Shown here piece by piece: positions 9,987-17,788 of a DNA stretch of 64,000 nucleotides. A program made the translations under genes and the position numbers. The notes under the pieces were generated by a model. The model was not told the origin of the DNA, ran no database searches, and saw nothing but the letters and a program-made list of their open reading frames with translations. This DNA is from Bacteroidota bacterium (lineage in GTDB: Bacteria; Bacteroidota; Rhodothermia; Rhodothermales; Bin80): positions 15,761-79,760 of the forward strand of contig JAPPGC010000094.1 of assembly GCA_028875125.1 (NCBI GenBank), written 5' to 3'. How positions within the stretch are numbered: the stretch's first letter is position 1; every line of letters begins with the position of its first letter.

Positions 9987-10109
9987 AAAACAAGAAACCC
10001 GCCAAGCCTGCGTGCGCAGGGGCGGGAATGTTTCTCACCAATCTACATTCGGCCCCTAGCCAAGCAAGGTGCCGCTAAAAAAGAATAAACTGGATATTTG
10101 GGTCATCAT
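9987..10109 (-). promoter_or_regulatory. candidate Phe-leader-peptide transcription attenuator upstream of pheST
   Basis: A minus-strand mini-ORF at 10109..10056 encodes MMTQISSLFFFSGTLLG*, and its ATG overlaps the rplT stop (TAATG). It is followed by a strong hairpin CCCGCC-CCUGCG-CA-CGCAGG-CUU-GGCGGG (10026-9998) and UUUCUUGUUUU (9997-9987), which ends 7 nt before the pheS ATG. An alternative pairing is possible between GCUAGGGGC (10060-10052) and GCCCCUGC (10023-10016). Confidence 0.55.
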
Positions 10110-10459
10110 TAGGTACCGTGTGCTTCCTGAACAACACGCGCGAAGGTTGCAGGCTCATTCATGGCTAAATCAGCAAGCACCTTTCGATTGAGCACGATTC
10201 CCTCTCTGCGGAGGGCACCTGCCAGACGGGAGTAGGTTGTACCATTCAGCCGGGCAGCTGCATTAATCCGGATAATCCAAAGCCGACGGAACTGCTGTTT
10301 ACGTTTACGGCGGTCCCGGTACGAGTACTGGAGTCCCTTTTCGACCGAGTGTTTAGCTACGGTGTAGATCTTACTCCGGCTGCCCCAGTATCCTTTGGCC
10401 ATGCCAAGGACTTTCCTGCGTCGTTGGCGTGAAGCTACTCTATTGCGTGCGCGTGGCAT
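10109..10459 (-). CDS. rplT: 50S ribosomal protein L20
   Basis: 116 aa. MPRARNRVASRQRRRKVLGMAKGYWGSRSK is a canonical L20 N-terminus. Confidence 0.97.
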   Translation of the reverse strand: MPRARNRVASRQRRRKVLGMAKGYWGSRSKIYTVAKHSVEKGLQYSYRDRRKRKQQFRRLWIIRINAAARLNGTTYSRLAGALRREGIVLNRKVLADLAMNEPATFARVVQEAHGT

Positions 10460-10491
10460 AATTATCAGCGAATTTAGGGATCACCTATCCA

Positions 10492-10692
10492 TCATTTGGA
10501 CGAACCCAGTAGACGATTCATGCGCGGCTCATCGCTTTTGTCGACGAGGGTTTTCTTACCAAGCTCCCGTTTGCGCTTACGGCTTTTCTTAGTCAGGATA
10601 TGGCTTTTGAAAGCATGCGCGCGCTTCAGGCGCCCGGATGCAGTTCGGACAAATCGTTTTTTGGCCCCGCTGTTGGATTTTGTCTTCGGCAT
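10492..10692 (-). CDS. rpmI: 50S ribosomal protein L35
   Basis: 66 aa. [14 protein letters not shown]...HILTKKS is canonical L35. Confidence 0.95.
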   Translation of the reverse strand: MPKTKSNSGAKKRFVRTASGRLKRAHAFKSHILTKKSRKRKRELGKKTLVDKSDEPRMNRLLGSSK

Positions 10693-10761
10693 AGTTCCGA
10701 AATAATCAAGGCAACGTTCAACCGTGGCTGGATAAATTGTGTTCCAGCAAAACGTCGTTTT

Positions 10762-11283
10762 TCACTTGGTTTTCTGGGGAGCAAGTATGACGGTCATGCG
10801 CCGGCCCTCCATCCGCGGTTCCTGATCCAACTGGGCAACATCCTTCAATGCATCAATGAAGCGTGCCAGGATAATCATCCCCTGTTCCTTATAGATAATA
10901 TCCCGTCCTCTGAACTGTACATAGGCACGCACCTTGTGGCCGTCGGAAAGAAATTCATGGGCGTGCTTCGTTTTGAACTGGAAGTCGTGTGTATCGGTGC
11001 GGGGCCGAAAACGAATTTCTTTGAGTTGCGTGTGATGCTGTTTCTTGCGGGCATCGCGCTCCTTCTTATTTTTCTCGTAGAGAAACTTGCCGTAGTCCAT
11101 AATCTTACAGACTGGAGGATCAGCATTTGGTGCAATCTCCACCAGATCCATGGACTGTTCGTCAGCCATATCCAAGGCATCCTGCAGGTCGTACACACCA
11201 TGTTTACCTCCTGGATCCACTACGCGGACTACGTCTGCCTCAATGGCGTCGTTAATTCGTATCTGTATGCGTTTTGCGATGAT
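10762..11283 (-). CDS. infC: translation initiation factor IF-3 with a non-AUG start (exact start uncertain)
   Basis: The track ORF begins at an internal GTG (11220). The frame stays open upstream to 11292 and encodes ..NIIAKRIQIRINDAIEADVVRVVDPGG.., the normal IF-3 N-terminal domain. Only ATC, ATA and ATT codons are available as starts. Confidence 0.9.
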   Translation of the reverse strand: MIAKRIQIRINDAIEADVVRVVDPGGKHGVYDLQDALDMADEQSMDLVEIAPNADPPVCKIMDYGKFLYEKNKKERDARKKQHHTQLKEIRFRPRTDTHDFQFKTKHAHEFLSDGHKVRAYVQFRGRDIIYKEQGMIILARFIDALKDVAQLDQEPRMEGRRMTVILAPQKTK

Positions 11284-11334
11284 GTTATAAGTTTAGTTTC
11301 GAAGAAAGACAATCCAAGGTATTAACCTTGTCAG

Positions 11335-11408
11335 TGGGTCCTAATGGATTCGAACCATCGACCTCTACGATGTCAACGTAGCGCTCTAACCAACTGAGCT
11401 AAGGACCC
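11335..11408 (-). tRNA. tRNA-Val (anticodon GAC)
   Basis: Minus strand reads GGGTCCTTAGCTCAGTTGGTTAGAGCGCTACGTTGACATCGTAGAGGTCGATGGTTCGAATCCATTAGGACCCA. It has a 7-bp acceptor stem, the anticodon loop TTGACAT and a GTTCGAATC T-loop. CCA is not encoded. Confidence 0.9.
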
Positions 11409-11677
11409 CTGCACACATCACTGCAAATTACGGACTTTAACGCTATAGATGTATTATGTGCACAGGGTTAGCTTCTGTTAGTAGTAAAAGGAATGTCAAA
11501 TACGGAATTTCACGGGGCTAGTTCCTGCCTGAGTTTTTGAGTCGTTTGGTAACCGCACTTGTGGTCTCCACCAGAACTCAATTTACGGGCTACTACTACA
11601 CAAGATGAGTTCTCTCATTTTGCGAAAGTTTGAGCTTTTATCCACTACTACGGCAATAATACCAAAAAGACTAAACC

Positions 11678-12769
11678 ATGAATTATCCCATTAAATCAGT
11701 CACTTTCACGCTTCTGATCGTCCTGTCGGCTGCTGGATGTGGCACGGAAGCTCCTCGCTCTATCACAGTCGTGTCTTGGGGAGGCTCGTATGGACAAGCC
11801 GTCAACGAGGCGGTGAACATTCCCTTCGCCGAGGAGATGGGCATCAATGTTGGGGTCGAGGACTATAACGGAGGCCTCGCCCAAATCCGCGCACAGGTGG
11901 AAATTGGCAATATTCACTGGGATGTTGTGGATCTGGAATTTGCCGACGCGGTCCGGGGATGCGATGAAGGACTCCTGGAACCGATAGACATCGACATATT
12001 GCCGCCTGGCCCCGATGGAACACCCGCTATTGAGGATTTTGTGGCCGAAACCCTGACCGAATGTGGTGTAGGCAATCTCTATGGGGCAAACGTGTATGCT
12101 TACAGTGAGGCGACCATTCCTGGTCCCAAGCCTACCACGTTGGCTGATTTTTTCGACTTGGAGACCTTCCCAGGTCGCCGGGGAATGAGGCGAGTACCGC
12201 AGGTAAATCTTGAATGGGCATTGATCGCAGACGGGGTACCCCTGGATCAGGTGTACGCCACACTGGATACTCCCGAGGGAGTTGATCGTGCTTTCGCGAA
12301 ACTCGAAACGATCAAGGACGAAGTGATCTGGTGGGAAGCAGGTGCCCAGCCGCCACAAATGCTGGCCGACGGGGAAGTGATCATGACCTCAGCCTACAAC
12401 GGTCGGATCTTCAACGCACAGGTGCTTGAAGATCAGCCGTTCGCGATTGTATGGGACGGACAGGTGTTCGATGTGGCACAGATCGGAATAGTCCGAGGTA
12501 CTCCACGCCTCAAGGAGGCCCTGGAATATGTTGCCTTCGCAACCAGCGCTGAATCATTGTCGCGGGTTGCGAGGCGAATCTCATATTCCCCAGCGCGTAA
12601 GTCTGGGATGCTACTAGTGACTACTCACGTGGTGGCTGGCGTAGACATGGCACCACACATGCCTGCGAGTCCCGCCAATATTCAGCGCGCCATGCGTTTC
12701 AACTCAGCGTGGTGGGTTGATCACCAGGACGAAATGAACGAGCGATTTAGCGCATGGCTGGCCCGCTAA
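11678..12769 (+). CDS. ABC-transporter periplasmic substrate-binding lipoprotein (PotD/PotF-like family 1 SBP), orphan
   Basis: 363 aa with the lipobox LSAAGCG. The segment ITVVSWGGSYGQA...HWDVVDLE... is typical of polyamine-type SBPs. No permease or ATPase gene is adjacent. Confidence 0.8.
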   Translation: MNYPIKSVTFTLLIVLSAAGCGTEAPRSITVVSWGGSYGQAVNEAVNIPFAEEMGINVGVEDYNGGLAQIRAQVEIGNIHWDVVDLEFADAVRGCDEGLLEPIDIDILPPGPDGTPAIEDFVAETLTECGVGNLYGANVYAYSEATIPGPKPTTLADFFDLETFPGRRGMRRVPQVNLEWALIADGVPLDQVYATLDTPEGVDRAFAKLETIKDEVIWWEAGAQPPQMLADGEVIMTSAYNGRIFNAQVLEDQPFAIVWDGQVFDVAQIGIVRGTPRLKEALEYVAFATSAESLSRVARRISYSPARKSGMLLVTTHVVAGVDMAPHMPASPANIQRAMRFNSAWWVDHQDEMNERFSAWLAR

Positions 12770-13331
12770 GGTTGTCTCCGGCTAAGGACATCAGTGCGCA
12801 GTGAGATCGAAGTTGGGCTTCCTGTACACCGAGGCCGCTGCCACTTCGGGCAATAACAGAATTCGAATTGAGACTTTTGTTTTATCCAGCTTCTCCAATG
12901 CAGCCGCCAGGAGAGCAAGAGCCGTACAATAACTGGCAAGACACGTCAGGAATGAACCCTGCAGACTCGTAGGCTTGACCATCAATACGAGTGTAACCGA
13001 TGGCCCTGGAAGGGCTTGGCTTCCACATAATTATTTGGGGAGCACCACGCCTCTCGAATCTGTGGCCTGATGGAAATTCGGTTCAAGTACTTTCCTAGGT
13101 ATCGGGTTAAATCCGTACTTTGGGTGTGTACTCATGCTATATGATTCCCAAAAACGTCTCCAAATCTATTTGCCCGCAAACATGAACATGAGTAGTTAAA
13201 AAACCTCAACTGTCCTTGCCAGGGTGTTTCTGATTTTTCCTCGGGCACAGCGATAGCAGCCCAAATATGCATTCGGCGTTGCCAGACTGCATCCCCTTGT
13301 CTCAGCGTTTACCGCGGGTCTCATTCATTGT

Positions 13332-16300
13332 ATGACCATGAAGATCCATCAATCATTTGCTCTTCAGACGGTAGGGCTCGCTTCCGTTCTACTCTTCTAC
13401 GCCGGTAGAGTACTGGCTCAGAACGTTCCAGAGGTAGAGCCTCATGTCGTAGTGGTTCAATTCGAAGCCGGGATCTTTCTTCCTGGCAAAACCCTCACGA
13501 CCGGGTTACAGGTTTTTGATCGTAAGGCGGCCGTTTACGGGGTTCACACCATTGAGCGCATGTATCCATTTCTGGATCATGTAGAGCCGACTCCAAAGAC
13601 TCGGGGCAATCTGATGGCGCTGCGCCGAACGTACTATGTGCGCTACAGTGCCGATGTGATTCCTGAACGGGTTTCCAGAGACCTTGCGCTTGCCCCCGGC
13701 ATCGTCTACGCCGAGCAGGTACCTGTGAATCGTATTTGGGGGCCGGTCCGATGGGAGCGCATCGATCCAAATGATCCCAGATTCGGCGACCAGCCAGAAT
13801 TGCGGGCAATGAAGCTTCCTGAGGCCTGGGATGTCGTGAAAGGTTCAGACGGTACCCGGAAAGTGGTGATCGCGATCGTGGACGGAGGGGGTGAATGGCG
13901 GCATGAGGATCTTCGTGCAAATGTATGGACGAATGATGATGAAACTCCAGGCAATGGGATAGATGACGACAATAATGGATTTATTGATGATGTGCATGGT
14001 GTGAACTTTGCCAACGGCGATGTAACCGATAACGATCCAACAGGACTACCACAGACGCCTCGCAATGCAAGACATGGCACGGCGGCTGCGGGATCGGCCA
14101 GTGCCGTGACCGACAACTTTGTGGGGGTAGCCGGGGCAGCCTGGAATGCAGAACTGATGCACGTCAACGCGGGATGCCGCTACTCTGATAGGCTCCTTTG
14201 CAGTGCATATTCAGGTATTCTCTATGCCGCCATGAACGGTGCAGACGTCATCAATGCAAGCTGGACTGGTCGGCTGCGGGACGATCAATTGGTGAGACAC
14301 ATTGATCAGACGCTTGATCTGGCTACAGACATGGGCGCCCTGATTGTAGCCGCGGCGGGCAATCAGGATTATAGTATTGATGTGTTCCGTGTCTACCCAT
14401 CCCGGCATCCGCGTGTTCTCTCGGTGGGAGCCACACAGAAGGATACGCGTGTGAAGGCAGATTTTTCCAACTATGGGAGGCTGGTCAATGTTTTTGCTCC
14501 CGGCGTTGACATCATCACCACCGGTTCGGAGAACGGATATATCCTCATCAGCGGCACATCGTTTTCGTCTCCGCTGACGGCTGGTGTGGCCGCCCTTGCA
14601 AAGACGCGGTTTCCCAATTTGTCTCCAGATGCACTGCGGGAGCAAGTGCGATTGGCAAGCGAGAACATGTATGCGGAGAATCCGGGGTTTGCCGGTCAGC
14701 TGGGCCGAGGATTTGTCAACGCGCTGGCGGCTGTTCAAACGCCTATCTTTCCCGCCATCCGTCTTAGGCGCTGGTCATGGGAAGATCATGATGGAGATCG
14801 AATCATTGAGCCTAGCGAACGGGTGACCATTACAATGACATTAGTCAACCATCTCGCCGATGCCAATCGGTTCCGGGTCGAGCTTGTGGGAGCCGAGTCA
14901 TATTCATCTGTGCAGTGGACTAAACCTGAAGTTGAGATAGACCACCTAGCTAGTGGTGACTCGATCGAAGTGGTCTTTGAGTTCACGGTAGCGCCCAATG
15001 CTCCTGCCGACCAGCTAGTACGACTCTTTACACATGTTCGTGACGGAGCCTTTGAAGATGTAGCGGACATGATTTCGCTTCGTGTCAACCGGCAACTGGA
15101 ACGGGTACACCAGGGTCTGAGTGCATTATACGCCGCGACGGACGGGGATAGTTGGACCAAGAATGACAACTGGGATACCACGACGATTCCGACCGAGGAA
15201 GATCTGGCCAACTGGTTTGGTATCTCGCTCGATGAGGGGCTCTTGGTCCAGTTGGATTTGCAGAATAACAATCTCAGAGGGGCGTTGCCGCCCGAACTTG
15301 GAAACCTGCGGAACCTGAAGATTCTTTTTCTAACATCGAATGAGGGACTGACTGGGCCGATCCCGCCCGAACTCGGGAACCTTGAACAAATAAAGCTCCT
15401 GTTCCTGAATCACAATAGTCTTTCCGGGTCGATCCCATCCGAGCTCGGAAACTTGGACAAATTGCAGTCCCTGAACTTGCATGGCAATTCCCTTACCGGG
15501 CCAATCCCATCCGAACTCGGGGATCCTGAAATACTGCAGATTCTGCAGCTGTCGAACAATAGTCTTTCCGGGTCGATCCCATCCGAACTCGGGAACCTCG
15601 AATACCTGACGGATCTGAGGCTGTTTGATAATTCCCTTTCCGGGTCGATCCCATCCGAGCTCGGAAACTTGGAATGGCTGAGGAATCTGTGGCTGTTTGA
15701 TAATTCCCTCACGGGGCTGATCCCGCCCGAACTTGGGAGTCTTGAAGAACTGCAGAGGTTGAGGCTGCAGAACAATTCCCTTACCGAGTCGATTCCCCCC
15801 GAACTCGGGGACCTTGAACAACTGCAGGTGCTGGAGTTGTCTCGCAACTCTCTTTCCGGTCCAATCCCATCCGAACTCGGAAACCTTGAACAACTGCAGG
15901 ATCTGAGGCTTTTTGATAATTCCATTTCCGGGTCGATCCCATCCGAGCTCGGGAACTTGGAACAATTGCAGTATCTGGTTCTGAATGGCAATTCTCTTAC
16001 CGGGCCGATCCCACCAGAACTCGGAAACCTCGGACAACTGCGGCACTTGGGACTAGGGGACAACTCTCTTTCTGGACACGTCCCGCCCGCATTTGGGAAA
16101 CTACTGCGGCTAAGGCGGCTAGTTCTGAGTCGGAACGCCTTCACGGGACAGCTTCCAAGGAGCTTGATGCAATTGGATAACCTTGAATTGTTTCACTTTG
16201 ACAACCAAAATCTTTGTGCTCCAGCCGACGATGAGTTTCAAACGTGGCTGAACAGCATCCCGAATCACTCGGGATCAACATGTATAGCCTTGCACTTTGC

Positions 16301-16868
16301 CAGTAATATCTCTGATCAATCGTTCCTACGTACAGTGCCCATTACTCCGCTGATTCTGCCAGAAGCCCGAGGAGGTATTTTACCGGTTTCTTACAGCTTG
16401 ACTCCCGCGCTCCTCGCTGGGCTCGCATACGACTCATCGACACGCACGATCAGTGGAGCGCCGACCGTGGTTACTTTTAGTCCCATTCCTTACACTTTCA
16501 AGGCCACCGATGCTACCGGGGCGGCGGATAGCCTAGTGTTCAGTATTGAAGTCTCTAGTCCAGTTGCGGTGGAGCGGGAAGGATTGCCCGAATCGTTTAC
16601 GGTCTATGACAACTATCCTAACCCTTTTCGAGAATCCACGCTCCTGGTTGTCGATCTTCTCTGGCCCGCTACTCTGAACGTAGAGGTATTTGATGTGACG
16701 GGGCGGCGCGTACTTTCTCAGCCCCCGGTCGATCTGGCTGCTGGGAGGCGCCAGAGCATCCGTCTTGAAGGCTCAGCACTGCCCTCGGGCTTATATTTGT
16801 ATAGGATTCAGGCAAATTCGCCTGTGGGAATTCAAAGACAAGCTGGCCGCTTTCTGCGTATGCGGTGA
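13332..16868 (+). CDS. secreted S8 (subtilisin-family) peptidase fused to about 13 plant-type LRRs, an Ig-like domain and a T9SS C-terminal sorting domain
   Basis: Signal peptide present. Catalytic triad contexts are AIVDGGGEWRHEDL (Asp), ARHGTAAAGSA (His) and SGTSFSSPLTAG (Ser). The 24-aa repeats read LxxLxLxxNSLSGSIPSELGNL. An Ig-like segment (YSLTPALLAGLAYDSSTRTISGAPT) precedes the C-terminus YPNPFRESTLL...GLYLYRIQ. Confidence 0.85.
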   Translation: MTMKIHQSFALQTVGLASVLLFYAGRVLAQNVPEVEPHVVVVQFEAGIFLPGKTLTTGLQVFDRKAAVYGVHTIERMYPFLDHVEPTPKTRGNLMALRRTYYVRYSADVIPERVSRDLALAPGIVYAEQVPVNRIWGPVRWERIDPNDPRFGDQPELRAMKLPEAWDVVKGSDGTRKVVIAIVDGGGEWRHEDLRANVWTNDDETPGNGIDDDNNGFIDDVHGVNFANGDVTDNDPTGLPQTPRNARHGTAAAGSASAVTDNFVGVAGAAWNAELMHVNAGCRYSDRLLCSAYSGILYAAMNGADVINASWTGRLRDDQLVRHIDQTLDLATDMGALIVAAAGNQDYSIDVFRVYPSRHPRVLSVGATQKDTRVKADFSNYGRLVNVFAPGVDIITTGSENGYILISGTSFSSPLTAGVAALAKTRFPNLSPDALREQVRLASENMYAENPGFAGQLGRGFVNALAAVQTPIFPAIRLRRWSWEDHDGDRIIEPSERVTITMTLVNHLADANRFRVELVGAESYSSVQWTKPEVEIDHLASGDSIEVVFEFTVAPNAPADQLVRLFTHVRDGAFEDVADMISLRVNRQLERVHQGLSALYAATDGDSWTKNDNWDTTTIPTEEDLANWFGISLDEGLLVQLDLQNNNLRGALPPELGNLRNLKILFLTSNEGLTGPIPPELGNLEQIKLLFLNHNSLSGSIPSELGNLDKLQSLNLHGNSLTGPIPSELGDPEILQILQLSNNSLSGSIPSELGNLEYLTDLRLFDNSLSGSIPSELGNLEWLRNLWLFDNSLTGLIPPELGSLEELQRLRLQNNSLTESIPPELGDLEQLQVLELSRNSLSGPIPSELGNLEQLQDLRLFDNSISGSIPSELGNLEQLQYLVLNGNSLTGPIPPELGNLGQLRHLGLGDNSLSGHVPPAFGKLLRLRRLVLSRNAFTGQLPRSLMQLDNLELFHFDNQNLCAPADDEFQTWLNSIPNHSGSTCIALHFASNISDQSFLRTVPITPLILPEARGGILPVSYSLTPALLAGLAYDSSTRTISGAPTVVTFSPIPYTFKATDATGAADSLVFSIEVSSPVAVEREGLPESFTVYDNYPNPFRESTLLVVDLLWPATLNVEVFDVTGRRVLSQPPVDLAAGRRQSIRLEGSALPSGLYLYRIQANSPVGIQRQAGRFLRMR
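15240..16210 (+). repeat. 72-bp tandem coding repeat (LRR array) inside the S8-LRR gene
   Basis: ccgggtcgatcccatccga(a/g)ctcgg(a/g)aac recurs every 72 bp. This produces long spurious antisense ORFs. Confidence 0.9.
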
Positions 16869-16988
16869 TGAATGTGCAGGTGCGGATACTCATTCGGAAG
16901 AATGTAGCAGAATGCATACAGGAAGTGAGATTCCCCTCCGCTACTTGACATTCCCTTGACAATCTACATTATTGGCCGTACATGGCAG

Positions 16989-17609
16989 TCACAGCGCAAG
17001 CGCAAGCTTGAGGGTTGGTCCGGGAGTAACTCCTATGTGCAGCATGCTTTCACGCTCACGCCGCGCGGTAAGCAAGGCGGATACCGAAGCAATCAAACGG
17101 TTGGCTACGAGTGCAGCGACAAAACTGCCCCGTCGCTGCCCCCAGGATTCAGCATCTCCCCGAAGATCTCTATACCGCTGGAAATCCCGCTCGCTGGTCC
17201 AGGCCCACTGGAATGCCGGATCGTCCACATATGAGGCAAGGTCAACTCGTCGGCTACGCAGTTGTGCTTCGCGGTAATCACCGGAGGAGAGGTGATTGCC
17301 GATTGTGACATAGAACCGTCGGTCTTTTCCCGCGGTTGACACTCCTGCGTAGGATGCCGCCCATGATTGGTAGCTTTGAACGAGTTGACCACGCTGCCAT
17401 TCGCTAGTAACAAGCCCGGCTAGGAGTACCGCATCGGCAATGACAAAAAGGGCGGCACGCCGATTCCACTTGTTTCCATTAGCATACCTATGTCCCAGGC
17501 CCGGCAAAGCGATACTGTAAGCCGCCGCTTTTGCGGGGCGCAGAGGGGCTTGACCAGCGGAATCAGCTGCGAGTGGCAAAAAGAATACAAGGACAATTAA
17601 TATGCGCAT
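16989..17609 (-). CDS. hypothetical secreted/membrane protein (DUF5683-like PGLG motif)
   Basis: 206 aa with the signal peptide MRILIVLVFFLPLAADSAGQ. The segment SIALPGLGHRYANGNKWNRRAALFVIADAVLLAGLV resembles DUF5683. This comes from memory only. Confidence 0.55.
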   Translation of the reverse strand: MRILIVLVFFLPLAADSAGQAPLRPAKAAAYSIALPGLGHRYANGNKWNRRAALFVIADAVLLAGLVTSEWQRGQLVQSYQSWAASYAGVSTAGKDRRFYVTIGNHLSSGDYREAQLRSRRVDLASYVDDPAFQWAWTSERDFQRYRDLRGDAESWGQRRGSFVAALVANRLIASVSALLTARRERESMLHIGVTPGPTLKLALAL

Positions 17610-17788
17610 GCACCGTAGTCGGGTAAGAATGCGTGTATTGCGAGCTTATGTTCGCAGGTTATAAGGGGATTTTTACGCGAGGGATCAGCGCCATTGGTAC
17701 AACGGGTAATATCTGGGGTTGCCTGTAGGTGCTCAGGATTCGAAAAATTATCCAGAGGTTGCAGGCAAGAAAATAGTCTCATTGCCAC

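Noticed and set aside
9352-10059. A 235-aa plus-strand ORF
   Set aside because: It is antisense to pheS, whose identity is unambiguous. The product is Arg/Ser/Cys-rich with no motifs.
10600-11325. A 241-aa plus-strand ORF
   Set aside because: It is antisense to rpmI and infC and runs into the tRNA-Val gene. It has no protein-like features.
11696-12358. A 220-aa minus-strand ORF
   Set aside because: It is antisense to the solute-binding protein gene, which has a lipobox and family motifs.
15330-16144. Two long minus-strand ORFs (238 and 244 aa) with repetitive sequence
   Set aside because: They are antisense shadows of the 72-bp LRR coding repeat. The plus frame gives a textbook LRR consensus joined to S8 and CTD domains, while the minus frames give periodic nonsense.
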